From contig NGBS01000877.1 of NCBI GenBank assembly GCA_002245135.1, forward strand, positions 1 through 64,000: a stretch of 64,000 bases of DNA, given 5' to 3'. Positions 13,526 to 27,256 of the stretch are shown one piece after another. The number at the start of each line of letters is the position of its first letter. The first letter of the stretch is position 1. The DNA comes from Proteromonas lacertae (taxonomy: Eukaryota). The notes under the pieces are model-generated. The model had not been told where the DNA came from and searched no databases. It saw only the letters and a program-made list of their open reading frames with translations. Made by a program: the position numbers and the translations under genes.

Positions 13526-15406
13526 GTAATAGTTGTTGTTATCTGATTTAGTATGGCCATTAGCATTTACTAGTTTAACATCACCTGATAGTTTACCTGA
13601 AGAAGGTAATGTTTGTACAGCAATGGGTTTACATCTATTACAATTGATCCTTTCATTTGTTGATTATCAACCATTAATAACTCGTATTGCTGAATTGTTA
13701 TTATCTCCATCAGTACCTGATATTCCACCTCCACCAATAACGAAATCAAGATCTGAATCAATCTCAGGTGATAAATTATTATCGAATGTTCGAATAAGAT
13801 TTAAAAGTGTTGATGCTCAATTTGAAGATAAAGCCATTCCATTTAATTCAGCTGAGAATATAATGAATAGTAATGATATTAGTTTAGATGAAGTAGAAGA
13901 TGAAGAAACACCAGGAGTTGATACAGAATATTTACCAGCTAGTAATTCAGGTGAAGCAATAACCCCTCGAGGTTCTGATTTTAATAAATCTCAAGTGATA
14001 AATAATGCCAAATTAAATCGTCGATTATCAGCTCCATCAGTAGATCCTCGATTACCTCAAGGTAAAAGTACAGAAACAATCGAGTTTAACACAGATGATA
14101 ATGGATTTCGAGCAATGATATATGCTTTATTATTACATGAAGATGAAAGATATAAAACTCAATCTGTGTTTCTATTATATTCGATCTTAGTAAATAAGAA
14201 TGTAGATGAAGTTGTATTAGAAAAAGCAAATTTTTCACCTCAATCATTTCGAGCTCACAAAAGAATGGTTGATGATTTAACAAGTAGTGTAGAAAGTTCA
14301 ATATTTGATCAATCAACTAATAAATCCTCTTCTAGTAGTAGTAAAGCAGTTAAATATCCATATCCATACAAAGCAGTAGAGAATATACTGAAAATGATTC
14401 AATTTAATAATGATAGTGATCCACTTCGATTAGTAACAGTTGATATTTGTCGTCAAATCTTATTACAATTATTATATGATGAAAAACAATCCGTTTCATT
14501 TATTCCTGAACATCAAGATTTATTAAATCAATCGTATAATAATATAATAATAATAATAATAATTAATAGATGTCAAAATGTTGGTATGAAATTAAAGCAA
14601 TTTATTCGAGAAAGAGGATATGACATGATACCAATGATTGAATCTGAATGGGTGAAATTTATAAATACAAAATTTGATCCAGATATTTTAACCAGACATG
14701 TATAATAATATATCTCTTTATATATATTAAATATTATTAGACTCATTTATTATTACCAGTGAATCATGTAGATAAAAAAGTGAAAGATATTTATTTCATA
14801 CTTCCAAGTGATGGTGATAATCTAATTCAATTATGGATAAATTATTATTTTATCTTACAAGATTTGAAATTGAGAATATGTAAAATTCCATTATCAAATG
14901 AATTTCTTAGTGTAGTTGAACCACATTCTCCAGTATTAGTTGGTGATGTAGTAGATATGAAAGATGAGTATATATATATATATATATATATAATAAATAG
15001 TTTTATGAAATGCTTTCTAATATCATCTTACAATATAAATCGACCATTTTATATAAGTTTAGATGATTCATTTCTATATTTAATGGATTGTGATGGAATG
15101 AAGAACAAAAAAGCCAAAGTTGTATCAGTAATAAATCTACATCGAATTTCGTTATTTTTTGATAAAGCCTCAAAGAAAGTAATAAAAATAGAAGTTCAAT
15201 CTCCAAATGCTGTTCCACTTGGAGTAAAAATAAATAAAAAAGATGATTTACCTAAATGGGAATTGACATTTGATTTTGATAATACAGAAATATGTCAAAA
15301 TCTATTACAACGAATTGAAACAGCTTGTGAAATGTCCAAAACTCAGAAAATATTACAAATTGATCGAATAATAAGTCAATTTATGAGAATAACTCGTAGT
15401 GGATAA
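12509..15406 (+). CDS. CLEC16A: CLEC16A/TT9/GOP-1 family (FPL domain) endolysosomal protein
   Basis: IEALRALAEIMIYGD, VKIQVIQTMSILVQNI, YILSGNHINDLI, AYFVSFLKVLSLQLN, FPLYSVAIKF, SMIRIAVKTITL. Eight GT-AG introns. Confidence 0.9.
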
Positions 15407-15862
15407 ATGAAGTTGGTTTTGATGTATATCTTCTTTTCTTTTTTGAAATATTTGTAATTAATAAAGCTATTTTAAAATCTAATTACTTAATATTAGTTGT
15501 TGTTGTTACAAAGACAATTATGAATATACTAAAGGCAAGAAGGATGTTTTTCTATTTGAGATAAACGACTATTTATTTTGAAACATCAAACAAGTTTGAA
15601 AATATTTTGCTTGAAATTCATCAGCTAGATGGTTTAGAACTCTGAATATTATCATATAAATTCAACTATTCTATGCTAGTTTACATTTACTGAGAATAGA
15701 AACATCAGAACAGCCAATAATCAGTAAGAAGTAGTTGATACATCACAGATAACGATATTAGTGTCGTTGTGATTATGAATGTTGTTGAATGATGAATTAG
15801 AAATGGTAAAATGAATGAAAAAAGAAAGAAAAAAGAAAATTGAAACGACTCAATTTTCAGAA

Positions 15863-18800
15863 ATGTTAAATCATCACATAGAAGATATATTGAAATATAA
15901 ATTACCGAAATTAGAAGTATGCTTAATTTATATATGTAATAGATCAAAGAAAGAAAAGAAAAGAATGAAAATGAAGTAGAATTTGGTAATTAAACACGAA
16001 AATAACTGCAAAGTAGTTAAAATGTTGAATATCGATGGAACTTAAAGAGAAGAAGATATTAAAATTTAGTGAAAATAATTGTTTTCTGTTAGATTATTGT
16101 TCATTTTGTACCTATCCTTCAGAAATACAGATCATCGGATGTAATATGATGATTTTAGGAAAGAGAGTATTATATGCAAGATTTAGAGGGATTAATTCAA
16201 ATGTAAAATCTATTCAAGTGATGATATATGTAAAGTTATTCTATCAATTTGTGATATATTGATGATATTCAATGAATATGGAATAGTGATAAGTAATTTG
16301 AAGAGTTCTAATGTGATATATGAAGGAGATGGCAATATAAAAGTGTGCGACTTATGTTTGAATGAAGTAAGAAAAGAAGAAGATTTGAGAATATATGAAA
16401 TATGTTTCAAAAGTCCAGAAGAGTTGAATGGATTAGAATGTAATGAGAGAAGTGTGATTTGGTCAATTGGATGTATTTTATATGAGATAATAAACAAGGA
16501 ATTACCATTTAATGAAGATAATAATATGAATAAAAGAATGAATAACATAATGAGATTGTAAATACAATATTCAAGTAAAAGGTGATGAAATGATGAAAGA
16601 GATGATAGAAAGAATGTTGAAAGTGAAGAGTGAATATAGAATGAGTTTAAAAGAATTGAAAGTTCTATTATTGAAAAAGACAATTAGAAGAAATGAAAGT
16701 AATTTATTAATGATAGATAATGAAAGAAAAGAATTGTTATATAATGATGATAATAAATTGCTTCATTTTCCTATATTATTTCCAAAGAAATATTACAATA
16801 GAAATGATGATAGTATATTAATTATTATTTTTATATATAGTTATACATAAATATCTTTTATCAATTTATAATGTTAAATGTAATGATGAAATTCTATCAA
16901 TATTATTAACAAAATCATCTAGATAAAGAGAATCAGAGAGATAATAATATCACAAGTATATCATAAGTGCAAAGATGGCAAAAGTTGCTATTTAGATGAA
17001 ATGATATTAAATTTATCTATTTATATTGAAAGAGATGAAATAAGAATGGATGTTAAATCAAATATTATTTGTTGTTGTGAAGAAGGAATAGATTATTTCT
17101 TCAGAATAATAAAACTAATCAATCCAACCAAAACTCATATTTTGTATTATTTTTATAATTTATATTTAATTAGATAGTGTTGATATTCCAATTCAACATC
17201 ATTCATCATTTATATCATATTTAAAACAGTTATCAAACCTACAAGAAATAGATTTATCTGGATATAATCTAACATCTGATTTTATTGAATCATTTGTTAA
17301 ATCAATTCTATTCATGAAATTAAAACAAGTTTGTCTTAATCATATTAGTTATTATATTATTGATTATTATGAAATAGAGTATGTAATTGATTATAAGGGA
17401 TTTAAACTGTTAATTACCATATTTGCATATATTAATCAGCAAAGAAAATGAATTAATCCTTTCTGAAATGAGATTGAATGATGATTCAATGATATTACTA
17501 TCAAAAGAATTATATAAATGTCCAAATCTTAGAAGAATAGATATTAGAAATAATAATAAAATTCATTCAAAAGGATTGAAAGCCTTATTCTCTAAATTTC
17601 CTATTTCAAAAATTGATTTTGATTTTGATGTTAAAAGAAATAAAGAATTACTGATTAATAAAGATATTCCTGAATTGATGAAATTCATCAGATATAGTAA
17701 TGAATTAGATCTTAGCGATTTAGATATTGATGATGATTATTTTTCATCATTAATTTCATTAAGATTAAATGAACTTAGAGAGATGCAATATCTATATTTG
17801 GATAGTATAATTTGATGTTTTTCTATTGATTAGATAATAAACTTACAGACAAAAGTGTGGAAGTATTAATGAACAATATGTCTTATTTTTCAAGTCTTAG
17901 ATGCCTTAGTTTAAGCGGAAATGAAATAGGAGATGAAGGAATGAAAATATTATCTCCACATATACATTTGTTAATATGTAGGTGTGTTTGCAGAGATTAT
18001 ATTAATTGTTCAAGTATTACTATAATCATTTATTGTGTTATAGGAATGGGATTATCTTCAATTGGATTGAAATATTTGGTTGATGGTTTAAAGAATATTC
18101 AAATATACATTGATATACTATATTTATATGATAATAATATCGATTCAAAAGGAATAGAATATTTGATAAAAAATAAGAGAAGCTTTAATAAGATGAGAAT
18201 TTATAGTATTTTTTTCATAGTGTATTTTTAGATAATCCAATTGGTAATAATGGATTTAAGATATTACTAAACCATTTATATATGTTAAAGGATGATTGTT
18301 ATCTATATAACATTGAGCTGAAAAATACATTAATTGATGATGAAAGTGTGATATTATTATCAAATGCATTAGATTCAATAAAAGGATGTAAAATAATAGA
18401 TCTGAAAGGAAATAATATCAAAATGAAAGGATTAAAATCAATTTGTTCAAAATCATTAGAAAAAGAAGAATATCCATTTATAGAAATGAAAAATTCAACA
18501 TGGACAAATGAAGAAGTGGAATATTATTTCGATTATTGTGTTAAGAAAAGATATTCATGTGATTTATCAAGTATATAATATAAATGTGTTATGAAATAGA
18601 TTTGAATCTGAATGATTCTCTTATTCCTGTCAATAAAAAAGTGTGATTATATGGAAGTTGATTTATCGAATAATCAAATTACTTCAAAAGGATTCAAAGA
18701 ATTAATAGAGTCTTTTGCCTAAAACAGCAGAACATATTTCAATATATGGCAATCCAATTGGAGATGAAGGAATAGAGATAATATGTAAATATTTAGATAA

Positions 18801-19174
18801 ATTTACTAATAATAACACATTAAATCTTTCAAGTATTTTATGAATATAATATAATATTATGTTATGAATAGATGTTGGAATGAGTGAGAAAGGAATAAAA
18901 ATGTTAATAAAAAGTATAAAAAAGCATAGATGGTTAAGTTATGTGGATATATCAGGAAATGAATTAAATGAAGAAGAGTTAAGATTAATGAAAGAAAACA
19001 AAGAAGTATTTTATATATATGTTAAATTAACAATGACAGTGAAAGAAAATATAGATAAATCAGAATTAAAATCATTTCTAAATGCATTTGCAGTTATTAA
19101 GACAATAGAATTAGATGGAATATCAGAAGAAGAAAAGACAGAATTATCCTAAAGAATTCTTTAATGTTGAATAA
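15863..19174 (+). pseudogene. Pseudokinase-LRR family member with many single-base insertions (pseudogene or assembly errors)
   Basis: Colinear with paralogs at 36910-39291 and 47908-51135 (ISNLKSSNV, KSPEELNGLE, SVIWSIGCILYE, same introns). Roughly 9 +1 frame breaks, e.g. ~15983, 16040, 16160, 16201, 16557, 18630, 18720, 19149. Confidence 0.75.
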
Positions 19175-19215
19175 TTGATCAGATAATTAATATTATTTGT
19201 AATTGTGATAATTCT

Positions 19216-19431
19216 ATTGTTTCTGTGCTTTTACCTTGAGGTAATCGAGGATCTACTGATGGAGCTGATAATCGACGATTTAATTTGGCATTATTTATCA
19301 CTTGAGATTTATTAAAATCAGAACCTCGAGGAGTTATTGCTTCACCTGAATTGCTAGCTGGTAAATATTCTGTATTAACTCCTGGTGTTTCTTCATCTTC
19401 TGCTTCATCTAAACTAATATCATTACTATTC
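19216..19431 (-). repeat. Inverted 216-bp duplicate of CLEC16A coding segment 13865-14080
   Basis: Direct comparison shows 5 substitutions, all transitions, and no indels. Confidence 0.95.
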
Positions 19432-19747
19432 GTAACATTCATGTCAGCTAAGAAATAAAATCAATTATATCTTAAATGTTCTTCAACATTTAAAATTCAA
19501 TGAATACTAACTATTTCGTGTTTGTCATAATTCATTTTTAAATTCAAGCCAATTCATTTCATTACCATTACAGCGTAAATACATATTTATTGCAAATCAT
19601 TAATTGAATGATTGTTAATGATGTTTATAAACTGTATAACACAAATATAATACAAATATTAATTAGAAGAAAATATATTCAAAAAATTGAGAAAAGAAAT
19701 TAATATAACGAATACATAACAATTATACAAATTTGATATGAAGACAT

Positions 19748-21758
19748 TTATTTCAACACAGAATTATAACAATCAATAGGAAATGGCTCATATTCACCTA
19801 CATGTGGACCACTTGATTTGAATAACAATGGTCTATATACTTCATCAACTGTTATTACAGCACTTTTACGAAAATGATTGATAAGTCCTTCTTTACCTTG
19901 AATTCTACCATATTTTATATCACAGATTTTTTCACTGTTAAACTTATTCCACTTTCGATTATTAAATTCATTATAGAATTCTATTATTGTCATTGGATTG
20001 ATAAAATTTATAAAAGCATAACCAACATTACAACTGTTCTTAAAATCAATTGGCAAATAGAAGAAATCATAACTACCTAAGAACTTTATATTAATCTCAT
20101 TCAATAACATCGTCTGATTGTATTTATTAGGTATATTTCTTATCATCAATGTTGTTCTTTTATCTTCACCACATGATACTTTATTTATATCTAAATTATA
20201 ACAGCTTGTATCACTTTCATAATGACTGGCTCTTACTCTTCCACTTGCTGTTATTGAACCAAATACTTGCTGTTGTTGTTGTTGTTGTATTGTTGGTTGA
20301 GGTAATGATGGTTGTATCATTTGTATTTGATCATTACTATTTCTTCTAGAACAGATAGCAGGTGAAGCAACACCACCAACAACATTATAATTAAAATGAT
20401 TATTTGTGTCAATATAAGCAGGAGAATTTAAATAAGTCCATTCACAACTAGTATAATCACATTGATTCAATAATTGTTGTTGTTGTTGATGTAATTGTTG
20501 TGGTTGTTGTTGATAGTAATGCATATCATTATTTTCAACAGACAAAGGAGATGATTGAGGCATTACCATTACAGAAAGTGATGATGGAGGTGGTAATTGT
20601 TGACTTTGAGGAGATGATGGAGTAATAACTGAATGTGGAGTAGTTGAAGATGGATAAAATTCACTATACATTTCATTACCGATTGTATTGATTTGTAAAT
20701 GAGATGGGTTGTTGTTGTTGTAATTGTTGTCGTTGTGACATGACTGATAATGCTTGAGCTATTTCTATTGAAGAAACTGAATTACTTGAAGAAGATAACA
20801 AATGTTTTTCAGATCCACTATACCTGATTGGGTTTGGATTATATTGTGATGATGGTATTTGTGGTTGTAAAAAGTGAGGATGAAATTCTTCAGCTTCAGC
20901 ATTCAACAAATGAGTGTCAGAATAAGATCGACTGGATCTTGTATTACTTGAATTAGAACAAACTGAACAATCTGATAATTCAATACTAATTCCTCTTGAA
21001 AACGAAGAATTGGTTGTTAAGGCATGTAAACGGCTATTATTTTGTGTTGGTGATAAGATCATTGAAGGATTTGGAGTAGATGAGGAGGAAGAAGTATTAC
21101 TACCAGAAACAGAAAAATCAATTATTTCATTTTCATTTAAAACTCTATTTTGTAAGTTATAATAAGCTGATTCTATTGAATTTACATCTTTGAATTGAAC
21201 TATCACATGATATTTTCCATTTATATTGTTCAATTTATAACTTAATTTAGCTTGATAAGGTAGTAACAACTCTTCTAATAATCTAATATTACTATCGTGT
21301 GTTATATCTAAAGATAGGAATCTCTGATTTAACCAATAGGTAGAAGGTTGATCTACAAATTCTGATACTTGGGGAAGTGGAGGATAATATAACTGATTCT
21401 GTAAAGGATTATGTGTAATTGGTAATGATTGTTGTTGTTGTTGTTGCAATTGTGGTGGTGGTTGTATTGATAGTGGAGAAAGTGGATGTGATGATTGTCT
21501 TGTAGGTATTGAATACATACAGTATTCTGTAGTTGAAATATACATATCTGGGAGTGTATTACTTCGTCTTCTACTTGCTTGATATGCTCTATAATACCCT
21601 TCTTCACTGGAGTAATGCGAGTTGATGTCTGGGGTATTATAAGAAGATATGCTCCTTTCACTCCCTGGAGAGTAAGGTCTTGCTAGCTGATAGAATGGAT
21701 GATTTTGCTCTTGCTGTACATTGTTCACTAGAGACGATGTGTTATCTACTGGATTCAT
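19748..21758 (-). CDS. MEI2: MEI2-like RRM RNA-binding protein
   Basis: RRM3 signature DKRTTLMIRNIPNKY...YDFFYLPIDFKNSCNVGYAFINF...WNKFNSEK...YGRIQG. A degenerate RRM lies upstream. One frame break at ~20675 joins the two ORFs. Confidence 0.85.
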
Positions 21759-22153
21759 TACACAGTGACTTTAATAATATAAGAACTTAATATTATGTAG
21801 TACTTATGGTAACTAAAAAAATAATAACAATATTTTATTATTTGTGAATTTAGAAAGATTTATTTTGTATCTTTAGTTGGGAGAAATTAAGCCGTTTTAA
21901 AATACGTTTTACTAAAATTGCAACACACAAATTTGTGAAGAGAACCAACCTCATTCACATAAATAGTGATAAATCTTGAAGAATGAACATGTTTATGAGC
22001 AAATGACATTAAAAGAAATCTATTGTACAAAAAACAGCGAAAAGTAGAAACAACTCTACAAGCGATAATATGATAAAGTCTGTGTTGTAAATTCAAATAC
22101 AAAACACTCACATAAGAACAGTAATAAAAAAATAATAATATCTTATAAATAAC

Positions 22154-25100
22154 CTATATTTTCTGGTTTTTAATATCCTTTTTACCCTTTATAGCAGCAT
22201 CTACATCACATGGTATTGACTCAATTACAGGTAAACGACTATTTTCTATTGGTGGTAATTTATTAATCGAATTCATTTTCGTTACGTTATGCTCTTTATG
22301 AGCAATTTCACCGGTAGGAGAACTACTTGGAGGTGGTTTTTCATCAGATTGCAGAGACTGTAAATGTCTTACATATAAATTCGAACTTGGAGATATAGAT
22401 GGAGGCAATTGGTTCTGTCCAGAACCTCTCCTACTCTGTGAAGTGTAAGGCTTAATTGTTTGTGAACTTGCTTGTTGATTTGGAACTAAATGATTATCTG
22501 GAGCTGAATCTTGTTGTTGAGCTTGTAAAGTATCTTGGCGAAGTGAAGGTAGTAGATTGTTATTATTCTGATTCGGTTTTGTACTTTCACCTAAGAAATG
22601 ATCAAATGATTCTTCTGTTGTACTGCAAGTACAACTAGACTGTTTTGTATATTTAGGATTCTGTGAAAATATACTTTTCCTCTTTACATTCAATGAATTA
22701 ATCACTTCCTCTTCATCTGATACTTTATTCAATGAACTAACTTTCTTTTCACTAGTTGCTATTGGTTTATCATTATTTCCTTTCGTTGATGGTGTACCTT
22801 TATTCTCTGATGATCTATATTGCATATTAGGAGTGCTATTCCTTCTAGTTTTATGTCTAATCTTTGAATCAGTTCCTGCTATACTATTACTATTATCATG
22901 ACTAATCTCTCTCACATTGCTTGGCATAGAAGAAGCTCTATTATGATGGACAATAATACTGCCTTTCCTACTGCTATTCGTAGAGTTATTATTATTGTTA
23001 TTATTACCAAATATTATCTCACCAATACTGTTAAAACCACTACTGTGTGACTTGGAGATATTATTATCAAATGTGCTAATGATAATCTGTTCAACTTTCT
23101 CTATATCTTTACTACCAATATAACGTATGTTTGTACAATAATCTACTATCTTTTCTAATAGAGCAATCTTTATATCATTTTCAAACTTCTCGAAGGTGTT
23201 ATACCAATTAATAAATGGTCCAGATTGGAAACAATAACTGCTATCTACATATTTAGGACAATCTGTCAGTAATATATCATGTATAACTATATTAGAAACA
23301 TCAGTAAACATATCAACGGAGATTAAATCATTTTCAGCGATTTGAACTACTTGTTGAGCTTTATCACTCTTTTCGATAATTACTTCATACTTTGAACCAG
23401 ATATTAAGTGATTATTAATAATCCTTTTAGCTTCTTGTTTGTTCTTTTCTAAAGTATTCTTGTTATATAAATGTTTGAAATTTTTCACAGCTTCGTAAAA
23501 CACTAAACCACTTTCAGAGTTGTTTTCTATCAAATACTTCTTAAAGAATAATCTCTTCAATGGATCTATGATTATTAGATTATAATCAGATTCTTCAGAT
23601 GGTTCTATTGTATCAGCTACTCTTGGTCTTCCTAACAATAAGAAGATAATCATATCAAAAAATAACATTGCTCCATCTAAGAATGATTCTAGATCATAAT
23701 CATCATATTTCGGTATTTGATATGCAATTAATAACAATGATAAGAAATATTGAAGTAATAATATTATTGCACCAACAAATGATTGTATTATTGTCTTCCA
23801 TACTGAATTATAGTATAGTGTTCCTAGTTGAATAACGATTTGTATGGATATATATAATGGAGTTACATCGGTTAATAATGATCGATCTTCTGGAGGAGAA
23901 CATTTACATTCTGTCACTATAATTCCTTGAATATTATAATTTATATATATATTATAATTGAATGATTTGTAAGCAAGGAAAATTACTTGAGGTATAAGTG
24001 GAATTATAAATGATTTTAAGTAAAAGTATGGATGTGAATGTAATAAAATCGATTTATTCACTTGCTCAATAATAATCACCTTCAATATACAATAAACAGC
24101 TACCAGTCTCATTAGTTTCAATATACAATCAATTATACCATAAATACTGCATGTTCTAATACAACCATTGTTATTATCATAATCACTCATATTTATGTAG
24201 ATTATTATCTTCATTATACCACTGAATAGATAGGAATATCCAATAATAAATAGATAAAAACGATGAACTCCAAATCGTACTGTTTTCAGATTCGTTGATA
24301 CAAAGGATGATAATGTAATAATTGATATTAACACGCCATATAATACTAAGGCAATAATATTAAATATTCTAAATCCAGTTACATTGGTGGAGAAACAAGG
24401 TATATAATCCTGAGCAGGTAAACTAAATCCATCTCTACATGTATTATTAATATATACAAAGGTTATAGTCTTTCTATTATTGTTACTACATCTACTCATC
24501 TCATAGGTTATATCACTAATTGTACAATCAATCATTTTAGGTTTAATATCAATCTGTAGGTTTCTATATAATGAATTATCATTTCTACTAATCAGAGTAA
24601 TACTGAATGAATCTAATGAAGATTCTTTATTCATCTTAAAATCAGTAAAATTACATTTAATCTTGATATTATAAACAGTTTCATAACCTTTCTCTCCTTC
24701 TTCTAATATTTGAGTGTATGGATTAATTACAACGGTCTCTTTATCGAACTGTATCAGTGGATTACTGGATAATATATCAAATATCAATATATCTTCACAT
24801 TTGACAGTGATTGGTATTTCTAATTCAACTAATGGATTATCTGATGTATATTCAATTGTTACTTCTCTTGATGCACTCCACATATTATTAAGCCTTACTT
24901 CAGTGGTTGAATTATCAACGATTACACCAAAATAATAATCTTTTTCAAAGGATGTGAAAAAACTGGCATAATCCTTTGAATTGAGTGAAAAATACATTTT
25001 CTTTTCCACTACAACTGTATCATCATCTTTTGTGATACATAAGAAACTGATTGCTGTATTTTTGATGTTTGATTCTATACTAATTTTAAATAATTTGGAC

Positions 25101-25885
25101 AAATTATCAGTTATGTATAATATATCACCATATTTGTTGAGCAATATAACAAATTGATGTAAGTATGATGATATATGGATATATTTATCTAAATAAGAAC
25201 TAAAATCAATATAAATGCATGTCTGAGAAAATACATCTTTCTCATAAAATGCACAAAACGGTAATAAACTAACTAAAGAACTATCTAACTGTTGCACAGG
25301 TAGGATACTACTACCTGTTTTATATTTATTGGGTATTAAATCAAAACTAAATTTACAATTAATGTGGTTTGACTTTGGATATTGGATACCAACATCTTTG
25401 GAAGTTTCTATTCGTATAAATTCATCGTCTAGTAGTACTATACTTGATGTCACCAGTCTAAAATATAGAAATTTAACAATATACTGTAATTTAATAAACT
25501 CATCAAAATTTAAATATGAGCCCATCATCCCATATAATTTATCTGCATTTAATGACGGTTGTATAAAGCTCAAATCAATCATTTCAGAATCTACTACAAT
25601 ATAGTCTGCACAGGAGACTACATCCTTATTGACATCAAATGTAGTTGATTTATTTGCGCTTAATAATGCATATGATAAAGAATTAAAGGAGGACGACAAT
25701 AATTGATAAGGGGAAGTACTATCACTTTCTATCCTATCCAATTCACCTATAATTTGTTTCTCTAATATATCTAACTCTAAATTTCCTGACGTAAACCTAG
25801 ATTATAACAATAGAACATCATACCCAAAAAACAACGCTAAAACTATTAAATTTAGTGCAATATATTTATTTTTTATCAACCACAT
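22154..25885 (-). CDS. 7TM-RGS receptor-like protein with a large ectodomain
   Basis: Signal-peptide exon from ATG 25885, spliced via a 27-nt intron. Cys-rich juxtamembrane segment and about 7 hydrophobic helices. RGS-like LFFKKYLIENNSESGLVFYEAVKNFK...EAKRIINNHL...YEVII, then a disordered tail. Confidence 0.75.
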
Positions 25886-27256
25886 ATTCTATACTATCTC
25901 TATCCTATATTATATACTCATAAAACAAAATTTATTGAAACTGATAATTTTTTAAGCCTCATTAAAAATATAGTCGTTTATAAGAGTTTTAAAGATTTTG
26001 TGTTAATGTTATATTACTATTTATACATTTGTCTTTACTTATGTGAAGGGTATAAACAATACTTCAAAACATATTCCTTATGTTGTAATTCAAAAAGCAA
26101 ATCATAATTTCTTTACTTCAATTGAGAAGATAATCGATTAAGTAATTTCATAGTTAGCTTTATGTTTCCAATTACTTACACCTAAAGTCTTTATTTTTTA
26201 ACGTTTTTATTTTTTGGTTTGACAACTCGAGTTTATCATTTATTAGACACAATCATTCATTTTATTAAGTATATTCCTGATGCACAATATGTTACTGTGA
26301 AGAAATCGAAATATTATTACTTTAACATCATAACAAGCCAAAATAAACAAAAAAAGTAATTGTGTTTATTATATTATATGATGTATTACAGTAGGACCGA
26401 CTTTTTAAATATATAGAACATCTAACATTTTTGTTTGGTGAAGTGCTAGAAAAAGAACAATCAGATCTAGTGATTAGTAAAGCATATACACACAGATTCT
26501 TCTTTAAACCATATGCATTTATTCTAAATACGCACATTAACCAGCTTAAAGAATTGAAAACTTCAGTGTTGCACTTTTTTGTCAATTCAACTTCAAATAT
26601 CTTCTATACCGGTTGTATATTCTACAATTTATTCATAGACTATGAAATACACATATCTTAGTGTGGCTATTCCAAGCTACATATTAATTTGTTTATCTAG
26701 TATTTCAGGATAGATCAAGTTATTAGCTTTGATACACAAAATATGATTAACTTAAAACAGGAGGAATAAGTGAGTGACTCGCTTACTATCACTAATACAT
26801 TATTTTCATCACTTGAAATATGAATTAGTACATATTTTATCATATGTATAACTAGCAATTAGAGTTACCACTGAAATCAAATGTTTGCTAAGTTATTTTA
26901 ATCCTATTTCAACTTTTAAATACATATATATCTAAAGACAAAGGTAATTCTTCAGATATCGTTGGATATATAGCTGCTTACACTTTCTAAGGGGAGTTTT
27001 TTTCTCAATTTGTACTTAACTATACTACTATAATATAATCCTTTACAATTAATACTATGAGTGTAATTACACATTAGATTTTATATTTATACATAAAAAC
27101 AGATGAAATTGGCAGTCATATGATTTTACATTGTCAAACATAATTCAAGCTTTTTAAAATTTTGTTAAAGTTAAATTTTTAAGAATATCAACAATTTAAG
27201 AAAAATACTATGCATTATCTCAAGTCACAATATAAATTATCAATACTACCCTTCAC

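Noticed and set aside
19179..19442. 87-aa ORF as an independent gene
   Set aside because: It is the duplicated CLEC16A fragment with a non-ATG start in the ORF track.
26000..27200. Short ORFs and the TAAGTGAG-TGA-CTCGCTTA hairpin (26767-26785) in the long spacer
   Set aside because: No recognisable protein or RNA family; a single short hairpin can arise by chance.
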